35,335 nucleotides of DNA from Nemertoderma westbladi (Eukaryota; Animalia; Xenacoelomorpha). The stretch spans positions 1-35,335 of the forward strand of contig JAUCBJ010007188.1 of NCBI GenBank assembly GCA_032718475.1. Direction: 5' to 3'. Below are positions 20,549 to 31,860 of the stretch, piece by piece. The notes beneath the pieces are model-generated. The model was given only the letters and a program-made list of their open reading frames with translations. It had not been told where the DNA came from and searched no databases. The first letter of the stretch is position 1. Each line of letters starts with the position of its first letter. Both the position numbers and the translations under genes were made by a program.

Positions 20549-23500
20549 ATGGCTGACACAAGGCAAACTCTGTCAGATAGTCTCCTAGAAACAACAGCCT
20601 GTTTCTCAGATCAAAGTGTAGAGAATCCCAGACCGAGGTCTGAAACCCCTCATACTGTAAGAAGGGCAACCCCTGCAGTGGTTGTGTCAGAACCTAGGTT
20701 GGTAGAAAAGATTTCGCAATTTGCGAAGTTAGTGAAGCGCCGTTGGTCTGCCATAGGCACTCGGGCCCAAGTCAAGCGGGATCAAGAAGAAGCTATAAAA
20801 CAGCAGCAACCTCCAAGCCAAGAACCTAGTCCTCAGCGGCCCGATAGCTCCAGTAGTTCGGATACTGTTGAGCGGACGCCCGAACGCGGAGCGAAGATGG
20901 CGGATACGGTTTATGATGAGCGGCCAACCTATGAAGAATCAACCGACGCCACTTCTTCTCAAGTGGAAAGTGAGGTGGAAAGCGAAGTGGAAAGTGAGGT
21001 GGAAAGCGAGGTGGAAAGCGAATTAACATCAGCAGAGAAGCCGCGAACTAGAGACGCTATCGACATTTATTTGTCCGACTATCAGCGATTCCTAGGAGAC
21101 GAAGAGTTGAGGAGACGGCTGTCTGGACTTTCCCCTAATAGTGAAGGAACCAAGCTTGTGTTGGACGCAATCGATGCCGAAATGTTAGCTGCAAACCAAG
21201 CTGAATGTGATGAAAAACTCCGCCTCATTAGAGTCCGAGAAGAACAAGTAAAGAAAAGAAGGATAGAGGAACAAAAGGCGGCGGCTATGGCAGAAGCAGA
21301 AGTAGAAAGAAAGGCAGCGGCGGCAGATGCAAAAGCAGCAAAGGCAGTGGCAGAAGCAGAACGGAGAGCCTCTGAGCAGACTACCCAACTGGAGTTGGAA
21401 AATCTGCAAGAGACACAAGACAGTATAAATAAACAGTTTACTGCTAATCAAATGCAGATGATGAGAAAATCTACTCCCAAGCGCCAGGGATACACATCCT
21501 CGGAGGAAGGCGAGACCACCGATCCTGAAGGCGGAGGAAATAGATCTCATCTAAGTAGGCGTAGAAAAACATCTTACCGTCGCAAATTGCCTGATTTGCC
21601 CCCAGCTGTTAAAAGACAGCTAACTAGCACAGACTTAGGTAGTGCAGAACCCATAGAACAATTTATCCAGGTCAAAAGACTCCCTACTATAGTCGATGAA
21701 CCTGAAATAATTAGGCCTGTTGTTCCCAAAGTCACTTCTGTGCTAGAGACCCCTGCACTTCCAGAGCTTAACTCTAAATTCCCTTTACATAGTACTACAC
21801 TGCCTGTACCCGGTGGAACAGTCCAAGAGAATATCCCTGTCCAGATAGCAGAGAGAGAAATCAAAAATTTGTCTCCCGTCGTCCCGCGTCAGCCCGCTAC
21901 TATGTTGGCGACTCCCGCTTCGGCGGTTGAGTGGGTGGAAGAGGGACGGCGGGGGATGAATCTCCTGCTAGGACAGATGCAGGAGACTGTCCACCAACTT
22001 AAGGGAACAGTGAGGGAAGGTAGAGCAGAGTTGCAAGAAGTGCAGCAAAGTATCGCGCTAGAACGCGACAAATTAGTCAATATACAAAAGGGCATACCAA
22101 TACCCCCTGTAACATTGTGTCAACCTGTTAGGTCTGAAGTATTACATGCGCAAGGTGTGGAGCCTACACGCATCTATACTGCTAGTGAAGTTGAAACTCC
22201 TATAGCAAACCCTATTAAGGGTGATTATAGACCTGTTATTAATGATATTCCCTATAGACCTGATAATGATCCGATAAATTTATATACCGATAATTCGATA
22301 TTAAATAACACGATGGCCCAAGAAAGCTTTACGCGTCAGATGGCTAGAACAGAAGCCCGCCAAGCGGTCAAAGTGGGAGAGATCGTCAAATTCAATGGAG
22401 ATGAGATGAAATGGTTACCTTTCAACGAATATTACAAAGATAGCATACAGAACTCTGTACTATCTAACGGAGAGAAACTTAGATTCCTCATCAAGTGCTT
22501 GGAAGGACCTCCCAAGTTAATGGCGTTAAAGTTTATTGGACATCCAGATGGATTAAGACAAGTTTGGGATACGTTAAACATCAGGTATGGTAACAAGGAT
22601 AACATAGCTAAGTATTTGTATGCAAAATTAGTAGCCCCCCGACACTTTCTTAGTAGCGGGATTATAGAGTTTTCCGATGAAATTCAAGAGATCTGTAGAC
22701 AACTGGACTGGTTAGGTAAGTCGCATGAATATCAGAGTTCCATGGTTATTGGAGCCGTAGTCTCTACTTTACCAAAGGGTGGAGTATGTACACGCTGGGA
22801 CAAGAAAGTGTTGTACATGAATGAACAACAACGACGAAGTCCTACCATGGCTGATCTCATGTCTTTCTTAGATAGTGAAGTAAAATTACAACTCATAAGG
22901 CAGTCCAGAGAGAAAACATCGGAAAATAAGGTAAGTGAGAAACCCGTTTCTAGGAGAAGGATAATACCAGTGTGTTATACTGACGACGGCGAAAGCCAAG
23001 CTTCTCAAGAAGAGGACAGCGGGAAAGACACAGCAAAATCTTACTATGACAACAAGAACTATAAAGACGTAAGTAAATACAAGTCTCGAACCAGTGACAG
23101 GAGAGAACAGGTAACAACAACGCCTCCTACGTCTCCTAAGAGAATTCACGGAAGAAAGCCCGAAGAAAGAACGAGAGTGCAGAACGTTAACCAAGTTAAG
23201 GTGAGTAACATCAAACCAAAATGTGCGCTGTGCGACGGGCCCCACCGTTTGAGTGCGTGTGCAGAATTCCTAAAGAAATCCATGGCAGATAGACGTGGAG
23301 TCCTGTGGGATAAGCGGTTATGTTATAACTGTCTCAGACGCGGACACCAGCGGCGAACCTGTTACTCTGACGCAAGGTGTGCTAAGTGCGGCGCGAAACA
23401 TCATAGCTTGTTGCACACGGAATTCGAACGAAACAGCCCGAGTCAGGTAAGTGAGCCCAAATCACATGTCCAATTCAGTGATGTGAACGACACTGACCAA

Positions 23501-24655
23501 AGTTCTGAGTGGGAAGGATTCTATACGGACGAATTCTCCGATGCCAACGAATCCTGTTATCTAATAAATACCGCAGTGTATCGAGCACTTACTTACGAAA
23601 AGGACATCAACGATGAGTTTCCCCCAACTACTTTCGCCAAACAACCATCTTGGAAAGCTCCAGCTTCCAACGTAGGAATCAGAGAATTTCCTGTAGTTCA
23701 AGTAAGAGTTCACGGTCTTAACAAAAGCTACATAGTGAACGCCCTCCTTGACTCCGGCAGCACAGGAACATTCATCGATCAAGAACTAGCCGAAGATATC
23801 TTTGCTGGACAACCCAAATTCCAAACTAAGTTGAATATGTCCGGAATTATGCAGGTTTGGAAATCTACCATAACGGCAGATTACTATGTAGGTGCGTTGT
23901 CCACCCCCCAGGATAAATTAGGAGCACAAAGTATAAGGTCAGTAAAAATGGTGGCTATAAAGAACTTCGCTACTACCCAAGCAGAACTTTATAATTGGGA
24001 CGAGGATGAGAGCATCCAACATCTTAAGATACCTCGATTCCAGACAGATTATCCTGGAGTGCAAATACTCATCGGCCAAAACGCGCATGAGGCGCTCGAG
24101 ACATTGGAGAAACGGCCTACTCAACCGCAGCCACTACAAACCTATGCGGTAAGAACTAGAGTAGGTTGGTACTTCACTGGCCCTTCCCGTAGAACTCTCA
24201 AAGAGAGATTACCTCAACAACAGGTATACAAAGTAAAGGAATGGGAAGTGGAGAGCAGTGATGTGGACGATCCAACTGAGGGAACACCATACTCCTCAGA
24301 TAATGACGATATTAACTCCAATGTAGATCTATGGAGACATTGCCTTGGGACGATTAATCCAGCCGACATTGCTTCCAGAGGAGCAACTCCTCAAGAAATG
24401 ATAGATACTCCAGGCTGGTTAGGTGGATCCGACTTCTTAAGTAAAGAAGAAGAAGAATGGCCTCCTCATCTTACCCCGGCGGAGATTAGACAGGCCAAGG
24501 GAGCGGAGAAAGTAACACAACAACTCAATCGCCCAGCTGGTCGTTTATGTTTACTGGAAAGAGACCGAAAACTGTCCGGAAACTATGGAAGGCAAGATAC
24601 TCTTCCTACGACCACTTCCCTAATCCGACAAATATCTAGGGACTCTATAACGTAA
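20549..24655 (+). CDS. gag-pro: BEL/Pao Gag-protease polyprotein (1368 aa) with RNase H and integrase C-terminal remnants; no RT or integrase core
   Basis: DUF1759-like KFNGD..W..F...EKLRFL..CLEG...L..RYG; triple knuckle CALC..HRLSAC / CYNCL..GH...C / CAKC...HHSLLH; protease ALLDSGS...ILIG...RTRVGW; then WRHCLGTINPADIASRG...WP and RPAGRLCLLE. Confidence 0.93.
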   Translation: MADTRQTLSDSLLETTACFSDQSVENPRPRSETPHTVRRATPAVVVSEPRLVEKISQFAKLVKRRWSAIGTRAQVKRDQEEAIKQQQPPSQEPSPQRPDSSSSSDTVERTPERGAKMADTVYDERPTYEESTDATSSQVESEVESEVESEVESEVESELTSAEKPRTRDAIDIYLSDYQRFLGDEELRRRLSGLSPNSEGTKLVLDAIDAEMLAANQAECDEKLRLIRVREEQVKKRRIEEQKAAAMAEAEVERKAAAADAKAAKAVAEAERRASEQTTQLELENLQETQDSINKQFTANQMQMMRKSTPKRQGYTSSEEGETTDPEGGGNRSHLSRRRKTSYRRKLPDLPPAVKRQLTSTDLGSAEPIEQFIQVKRLPTIVDEPEIIRPVVPKVTSVLETPALPELNSKFPLHSTTLPVPGGTVQENIPVQIAEREIKNLSPVVPRQPATMLATPASAVEWVEEGRRGMNLLLGQMQETVHQLKGTVREGRAELQEVQQSIALERDKLVNIQKGIPIPPVTLCQPVRSEVLHAQGVEPTRIYTASEVETPIANPIKGDYRPVINDIPYRPDNDPINLYTDNSILNNTMAQESFTRQMARTEARQAVKVGEIVKFNGDEMKWLPFNEYYKDSIQNSVLSNGEKLRFLIKCLEGPPKLMALKFIGHPDGLRQVWDTLNIRYGNKDNIAKYLYAKLVAPRHFLSSGIIEFSDEIQEICRQLDWLGKSHEYQSSMVIGAVVSTLPKGGVCTRWDKKVLYMNEQQRRSPTMADLMSFLDSEVKLQLIRQSREKTSENKVSEKPVSRRRIIPVCYTDDGESQASQEEDSGKDTAKSYYDNKNYKDVSKYKSRTSDRREQVTTTPPTSPKRIHGRKPEERTRVQNVNQVKVSNIKPKCALCDGPHRLSACAEFLKKSMADRRGVLWDKRLCYNCLRRGHQRRTCYSDARCAKCGAKHHSLLHTEFERNSPSQVSEPKSHVQFSDVNDTDQSSEWEGFYTDEFSDANESCYLINTAVYRALTYEKDINDEFPPTTFAKQPSWKAPASNVGIREFPVVQVRVHGLNKSYIVNALLDSGSTGTFIDQELAEDIFAGQPKFQTKLNMSGIMQVWKSTITADYYVGALSTPQDKLGAQSIRSVKMVAIKNFATTQAELYNWDEDESIQHLKIPRFQTDYPGVQILIGQNAHEALETLEKRPTQPQPLQTYAVRTRVGWYFTGPSRRTLKERLPQQQVYKVKEWEVESSDVDDPTEGTPYSSDNDDINSNVDLWRHCLGTINPADIASRGATPQEMIDTPGWLGGSDFLSKEEEEWPPHLTPAEIRQAKGAEKVTQQLNRPAGRLCLLERDRKLSGNYGRQDTLPTTTSLIRQISRDSIT

Positions 24656-25203
24656 TAACATATGGAGTGGGCGTGTGACTATATCATTTTATATTTGTTT
24701 TTATTTTATATTTATGTATGTATTATTATGTAATTTTATTATAATCGTTTTCTTTAATTTTATTTAGTAGAATGTTATTTTAGTGATTATTTAGTAGATT
24801 AGTGCAATATATTAGTGTTTATTACGTATGTAATTACTTATAATATATATTTAGTGCGACGGCGAGAAATAATTATTTTTCTCTTTCCTTACTGTCCGTA
24901 TCATATTATAAATACGTAACTACAGTAAGATGAAATGTCCGTACTTATTAAAGTACAATAAAGCTCCTACTATATTCAAGTATTATTGGTAGGCAGAGTA
25001 TTAGGAATGCAAAGTTCAGATCCTCGTGTCTCGGCTAAACCAAGCTCTGGGTAGACCTTGGAAACGACTTGCCTCTTCACACTGACATTGCTTCGTGCGA
25101 TATTGCTCTTCTACCTTATATTAAATAATACATATAGTAGCGTGATGTCCATATAACAGTAGCGTAAAACGCAAATAAATCTGTTAAACTTTTGACCATC
25201 TGT

Positions 25204-25465
25204 AATTCTAGTCGATTAAGATATCGCGGCACCCACCGATATACTTGAAAGACAAATTCTAGAATCAGTGGTTAACGTCCCCAGACAAGTTCTGGAATAA
25301 ATCGGTGCCCATCTTAAATATTAATTTAATATTTATTAAAATCTGTAAAATTCAGATCCGTTAACAATTCTAGTCGATTAAGATATCGTAGTACTTACCG
25401 ATACTCTTAAAAGACAAATTTCATAGAATTAAGGATCCTATGTCCCCAGACCTGCTCTGGAATCA
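25204..25465 (+). repeat. ~162-bp-period imperfect direct repeat in BEL 3' internal region
   Basis: AATTCTAGTCGATTAAGATATCG...AAAGACAAATT...GTCCCCAGAC...TCTGGAAT at 25204 and 25366. Confidence 0.85.
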
Positions 25466-26282
25466 AATTGTGTCAATTTTAACATCAAATAATAAAATTC
25501 ACAGGAATAAATTTAAATTCATATTTTAAATGAATTTCATAAATTGTCATTTTGTACAATTTATAATATTCCCAAAATTCCATTAATTAATAGATCATGG
25601 GAGCGGAGATTCATCCTATTGAGTGTATTAGAGTGCGAGAATCTCCAACATATAGTCAATAGCCGATAAAATTAATAAAATCATGCATAAAGAGGATATT
25701 GACAATTAAAGAATTATTATTAAATAGCATCCCAGATCTGTATGCATGAGAATTACCCTAATTCTACCGCTAGCATTCCATAATGTCACCATAGCAACAC
25801 CCACGCTAGAATTAGAAGCAAGTTAAAAGAACAATAGAAAGCTTGTCCCATTGCATAGCATAGAGAATATAGCACACTGTTAGTATCCAAGGATACACAG
25901 TAATAACGTGACATTCTGGAAGGCACTGACTAACGGACAAATGGCCTGTATGTGTACAATTGGTGACAGTTGTGTGGAATTTGTGCGTTTGTAGGTGAAT
26001 GTTACTGCTAAGGTGTGTTTACAGTAGCTAGTCGCAATTGTGAAAGTAACCCAACTCTCCTATAGAAAGAACCTAAAGTGGATTCAAGCCTTTGGGACGG
26101 ACAGTGGAGTGACTTGTGCCGGTTATCGTTGTCGTACTGTTGCTACATGTTGGCGTAAACACCGCGACAACGGTACATCGGCGCTGAGGATCCCACTGTC
26201 CGGGGGCAAAGAGAGGTAGGCAGCGACGTCCGCTCGCCTAAACATAAACTCATTTCGATATTAACAAACTCAGATAGCAGAT

Positions 26283-27272
26283 ATGACGGAGTTGATAGAA
26301 GATGATCTTGGTATCAGGGAGCGATCTACTCTACCTTTACAAGCATTTGTGGATAGCTTGATACGCGGTGAAGCCGATCCAACCATTACGGAGGACGATG
26401 GTCGTTATATCGAACCGCCGACGTCCCAAGAGCAACTTACGCGTGAATTGGACTATCGAAAATTCACCGCTCACTATACGCATCGTAATAATATGTATAT
26501 GGACCTCCTAACTACCGGCCATCCTATCGATTTACATGATACGGACGATGTAGACACCGAAAGGGAAATGGTTCTATTTAAATATCATACCCAGCGGAGT
26601 CGGAACGATAAACCGAGAATAGATCACGAAAATTCTATTCGTAACAGACTGGGAAGACGAACCAATATGCCTAGAATCTGAGGAGATTCAGCCTATCGCG
26701 CCCGGAACAGCGACAACGATTACATCCTAGAATGGTATCAAGGTCCACAGTGTCTCACTGCGTACGATTATCGACATGCCAACTATGTTTCTAGGCAACG
26801 TTGTCGGTTATGCGCATCGAGAGACCACGATACGCCCATGGACACCAACGTCCGCTGTTCCTATTTCAAAGAACAACCGACTATGGAAATTTATTGCGCG
26901 TATTGCAGATTTAATAATTTGCATATTTTTGCGGTTTGCCCTCAATTTATGACTCAATGTCACCATTGTCAACTAAAGGGACACGCCAGTTTCGATTGCC
27001 CTTTTAATCGCGATTTGGAAAGCGTAGATGAAATGATCACACTACGTTACATTAGAGCTTGGGAAGCGAAGGCTGGTTTACATCGTGATTCGCGCCATCG
27101 CTATTATCCTGGACGCGCTTACGAAGGAATTTATGCGTTCCATCCTTATCTATTCGCTTCTGTCGAACAGAAATCACGCATATCGAGTTACAGGAAGTAT
27201 ATCGACGGCCTTACGAATACCGAGCCCGTGAACGCGAGTTGGAAAGGACCATTAAACCCCGGAGGTTTCTAG
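26283..27272 (+). CDS. Accessory CCHC zinc-knuckle ORF (329 codons) with one internal TGA at 26679-26681
   Basis: ORFs 26283..26681 and 26838..27272 are in the same frame and the intervening codons are open; motifs CRLC...H, CAYC...H...C, CHHCQLKGHASFDC. Confidence 0.7.
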
Positions 27273-27658
27273 CTGCCTGTAGTCCACCCACGGCCCTCGT
27301 TCAGACCACTCGTAAAGGACCCGTAAGAGCGGCTGTCTTAAAATGCGCTCTCAAAGCCGTTAGACCCCTCTCCCCCGACGTTGATGTCAATCAACCCGGC
27401 ACTTCGACTGGCGGATACACCGACCATAATTCTACACCCTCTGATGCAATCATATTGCACCCTTCACCCAGGAGTTATAGCCCTCCTTGTAAAGTGGCTC
27501 GCCCCAAAGAGAAAAGGACTCTGGCTAGCTTTAAAAAAAAAAAAAAACTGCGTAAACGCCGTCCGCGCAAGAAAGACTAACTGTTTAGAGTATTTACGTA
27601 TATTAGAAACTGTGATTTTGTATATTTCATAGACTCAAATCCCATTTTCTGGGAGCGG

Positions 27659-28928
27659 TGTAAAAGCTTCTGTGGGATATAACTGGCCCCTTTGCTTCGC
27701 AATCCAGTTTCCCCCCAGGCGCTGGAATACTCTAAAAAAGGTTCTCTAACTGTATATATATTCCCCTCGCCCGCAAGGTACCGTTACAGGTGTTTTAACG
27801 GACATAAAAGTCATTCTGCTATATACGTGTTTTAGCGGACATGGTAAGGCAAAAAACCCGCAATACGGCAAATACTTTTACACAGCTTAGCCGTGATGAT
27901 TCAGATTACGACATCCAGCAGCTGGTTGCTTAAATGGAAACAGCCATTGGACGCATGGTTCTTTGTTTGGCTTCAGCCAATCAGAGCGATTCTCTCTGTC
28001 AATGTGGAGCTTTGAGCCGATCATACTGGGATTGTTCAGTCTTACAGTTTTTTACTGATACTTTGTTGTTATTGCTGTCTAAGCCAGAAACAACGGCTCT
28101 AGAAAGAAACATTAGTAGGCTTAAGATTATAGAGCGTATGACTGTTATCAATTCACATATCAATTCACGGTTCATCACAACTCACATATCGGTCCATATC
28201 AGTGCATATCATATCTTAACCTACCGTCTTAATGTTTTACTGTTGTCATATCTTATATCAGTGGATTGAATATTATTTGGAGAACATTTATAAAGAACCC
28301 AAATTTCCCAATTTTCTTGATACACTACAGGTTAGAGAGGCGGGTTATATATATAGCGATTGCGACTTATATTATTGTGGTGTGTATTGAATTTAATGCT
28401 ATTTGATAAGCCCTACATGAGTCCGTTGCTATTCTCTTTATATATGATAAAATTCATTGACGGTCAGCAAATTAGTGAGCAGTATTGTGCGTTACCGGTA
28501 GTGTGCATGATTGTGGCTGATAACTAAGCATTTCCTAAAGAATGCGCCTCATACGTGAATCATAAGCCTTACCGACTTACCGTTGTGATTAGTATAAGTC
28601 ATATCTCTGTTTACTTAGATAGAGCGCCACGTCCTAAAAGGAACTGTTAATATTTCCCGAAAGTGAATAATATTAGTCAGAAATTAATTATTAACGATCA
28701 ATCGAATAATACAATACCGTAAGCTTCACTGCAATAATAATCTAAGCCGACAGAATCCAGCCTCCCGGGATTATCCAGCGGGTGAATGGACGCGCACTAG
28801 GCTGGCTTCTGCTAATGTTGTGTTTATTGGTATTAAATATTTGTCATCTTCTAAAGTATATTGATAAACCAAAAGACATATAAATTTTGGCAGGTTAAAC
28901 TGCTAAAGGTCTTCCAAAAGCGCGTACA
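27659..28928 (+). repeat. 3' LTR (1270 bp)
   Basis: Direct repeat of 17053..18322, preceded by GGGAGCGG and followed by the TSD. Confidence 0.97.
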
Positions 28929-29028
28929 ATTGTCAAAGATATTTTTCTACTGCCCGTACTGAAATTGGTATATTAACAATAAATAGTATTATATAATAAC
29001 ATGAGTTATGCCAAAAATAATCCAATTA

Positions 29029-31860
29029 TTATAAAAATCTGTTAAAACTGCAGTATTTTAATAGGTCTACATCCCGTGCTAAAATATTACTAAAAATATT
29101 AATGTTTGGGGCTGATGCAGCATTAGAAGGTAGGTCGTTCCACATACTAACTATCCTATTACAAAAATATTTCTGACAAATTTGTAGGCGGCAAAAATTG
29201 TGTTGCAATTTATATTGGTGACCTCTAAGACCCCTTCGTGAAGCAAAGCTAAAAAAATCATCAAAATTCATTTGCACTGCACCGGTGATTATAGAGTAAA
29301 CCTGTTTTAAATCAAACACATGACGTCTAACTTCGAGTGGTTGTAAGTTTAAGTACTCAAGTCTATCTAAATAAGGCACCATGGTTAATTTACATCTAAA
29401 AAATAATCTGCGCGTAAAATATCTCTGTACGTGTTCGATCAGATCTATATGTCCTTTGGTAAAAGGAGACCAAATTACTGTACAATATTCCAATAAGGGA
29501 CGCACGTAAGATTTATAAGCACAAATTAGGGCTGCCATATTACGAGTACGAAAACATCTAAAAATCATATTGATTACTTTAGTTGATTTCAGAGCACGCT
29601 CATGGCAATGTTTATTAAATTTAAAATCAGAAGAAATCGTAACTCCCAGATCCTTACAATCATCCTCTGCTTTAACAAATTTACTATCTAGAAAATATTG
29701 CTGTTGAGGGTTATTGTAACCTAAATAGAGCACTATACATTTGTGTGGAGCGATATTCAACTGCCATTTATTAGACCATTCTGTGATTTTGTACAGGGAC
29801 TGTGATATCAGTAAGTGGTCGCTGGATGGCGCATATATTTTGACGTCGTCAGCAAATAGTTTACAGGATAACCCTAAATTAAATATATCCGGTAAATCGT
29901 TAATAAAAAGCACAAATAAAATTGGACCTAGTACGCTACCTTGTATGGTGCCCGACGTAACTGGACTATAATCCGAGAAACTACTACCAACTAAAATACG
30001 TTGTGATCTATATGCGAGAAAAGCCTTTAACCAATAAAATAAGTCACCTACTATACCGTAAGAAGAAAGTTTACATAAAAGTTTTTGGTGCACAACAGAA
30101 TCAAAGGCTTTCGCAAAGTCTATGTAGATTACATCAACAGTGCACTTTCTATCTAATAATTTAATCCAATCCTTTGTACATTCTAATAGCTGGGTACATG
30201 TAGACTTATTTTTTAAGAAGCCATGTTGGGCCTTATTAATTAATTTGTTAGTAAATAAGTAATCACACAAATCTTGTTTAATACACTGCTCCATAATTTT
30301 ACACGCAATACAAGTCAATGAAACGGGTCTGTAGTTATATGGGTCACTCGAGTTTCCTTTTTTGTACAACGGGACAATAATAGCTGTAGACCAAATTGAA
30401 GGAAGGGCATGTGATTTAAAAGAAATATTAAAAATAACAGATAACGGTAAAGATAAAACTGACGCTAAATTACTGAATAAAATGCACGGAAAACCGTCAG
30501 GCGTACGACTTGTTTTAGAACCTAATTTACGTATAATTGAGAAAACACGATCAACTGAAAAATCGACTTTAGATATATATACAGATTGCGGGACCCTCCG
30601 CGTAAATGTAGGGCAATCGTTATTATCAATATTAAAATTGTCTGACAGAACCTTAGCGAAAATATCAGCCTTGACGGCATCATCTACAATTGTGGCACCA
30701 TTAAATGAAAGAGGTGAAATTCCCTGTCTAAATTTGCACTTTAAGTTTACGTAATTAAACAAAACATTCGCCTTTCCACTGTTTAGAATTTTATATTCTC
30801 GTAAACATTCAGATCGGAGAATTGCCTCCGACAGTTCCTTACAACAACGGTTGTAATCTGATTTACCGATCTCCGTGTGGCGCCGGCGCCAAAGTAACTT
30901 TTTCTTTCGTTGTAGTGCGCGAATGTGATGTGGGTACACCTTTTTCTTAGTGTTTAGTAGTTTGTATGGTACAAATTTATCAACACCGTCTTTAAGTACT
31001 GTTGAAAAAACGTTCCAAAATTCATCAATCGTACTGCAGGAGTCAAAATTGAGGTGCCAATTAATGTTCGAAATGTAATGGGAAAATCCTACAAAATCAG
31101 CATTTTTAAAATCGTAAAAACCCAAATTGTTAACTGGATTTAAAATGTCTGGTCCTAAAGTATAAAAGTTTACAATTGAGTGGTCACTGGTTGAAAAAGT
31201 ATGCCCTACTTCAACATCAGACACAATTGATTCGTCAGAAACTAAAATTATATCTAAAATATTATCCTCACGAGTGGGTCTTGTAACCAGTTGATCAAAA
31301 CCATTTTCTAAAATAAATAAAGAAAACTGTTCGTAGTTGTGGCTTGATGGGTAATTAAAATCCTTCCAGTTAAAATCAGGCAGATTGAAATCACCTACCA
31401 CGAGACAAGGTTGGGTGACGTCGCACAGCGATGAGATACATTGCCTCAGTTTGCAGTCCAGTTCCAACTTCTCCGCTCTCTCTTCTCCGGTTTCAGAATC
31501 TGGGGTTCTGTAGGCGCAAACCATACGGAAAGGTGTCGACCCGAGAAAATCGACAGCGACCACCTCGAGTCCATCCAGGTTGTTAGGGAGAGGAACATTC
31601 ACACAACGAATGTTGTTGCGCACCAGTATTGTCACCCCGCCGCCAAGAGAGGGGCGATCTTTTCGAAAAACCTGATGCTGTTTGAAACCCACCATTGAAT
31701 CAGTGACCGATCCGTCCAACCAAGTCTCGGTGATAGCGAGGACGTCGTAATTAGAGGAAACGATCAAATGTTCGAGATAGTGTATCTTGTTTTTCAGCGA
31801 TCTAGAGTTCAGTAGACAACATTTCAGGCGCGGATCTGTATTGCCTCCTCCCCTCTCTAG
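29029..31860 (-). CDS. CR1 ORF2 (APE + RT), uninterrupted, no initiating ATG
   Basis: Frame is open upstream of the listed start to 31860 (LKCCLLNSRSLKNK); ETWL, GDFN, SDH, NYRPVSL, QHGF, DFAKAFD, QGS, FADD, DLGV. Confidence 0.95.
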   Translation of the reverse strand, partial: LERGGGNTDPRLKCCLLNSRSLKNKIHYLEHLIVSSNYDVLAITETWLDGSVTDSMVGFKQHQVFRKDRPSLGGGVTILVRNNIRCVNVPLPNNLDGLEVVAVDFLGSTPFRMVCAYRTPDSETGEERAEKLELDCKLRQCISSLCDVTQPCLVVGDFNLPDFNWKDFNYPSSHNYEQFSLFILENGFDQLVTRPTREDNILDIILVSDESIVSDVEVGHTFSTSDHSIVNFYTLGPDILNPVNNLGFYDFKNADFVGFSHYISNINWHLNFDSCSTIDEFWNVFSTVLKDGVDKFVPYKLLNTKKKVYPHHIRALQRKKKLLWRRRHTEIGKSDYNRCCKELSEAILRSECLREYKILNSGKANVLFNYVNLKCKFRQGISPLSFNGATIVDDAVKADIFAKVLSDNFNIDNNDCPTFTRRVPQSVYISKVDFSVDRVFSIIRKLGSKTSRTPDGFPCILFSNLASVLSLPLSVIFNISFKSHALPSIWSTAIIVPLYKKGNSSDPYNYRPVSLTCIACKIMEQCIKQDLCDYLFTNKLINKAQHGFLKNKSTCTQLLECTKDWIKLLDRKCTVDVIYIDFAKAFDSVVHQKLLCKLSSYGIVGDLFYWLKAFLAYRSQRILVGSSFSDYSPVTSGTIQGSVLGPILFVLFINDLPDIFNLGLSCKLFADDVKIYAPSSDHLLISQSLYKITEWSNKWQLNIAPHKCIVLYLGYNNPQQQYFLDSKFVKAEDDCKDLGVTISSDFKFNKHCHERALKSTKVINMIFRCFRTRNMAALICAYKSYVRPLLEYCTVIWSPFTKGHIDLIEHVQRYFTRRLFFRCKLTMVPYLDRLEYLNLQPLEVRRHVFDLKQVYSIITGAVQMNFDDFFSFASRRGLRGHQYKLQHNFCRLQICQKYFCNRIVSMWNDLPSNAASAPNINIFSNILARDVDLLKYCSFNRFL

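Larger units (their letters stand above)
17053..28928 (+). mobile_element. Non-autonomous BEL/Pao LTR retrotransposon, 11,876 bp
   Basis: Paired 1270-bp TG...CA LTRs, 5-bp TSD ATTGT (17048-17052, 28929-28933), PPT-like GGGAGCGG before the 3' LTR, BEL-type Gag-protease. Confidence 0.96.
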
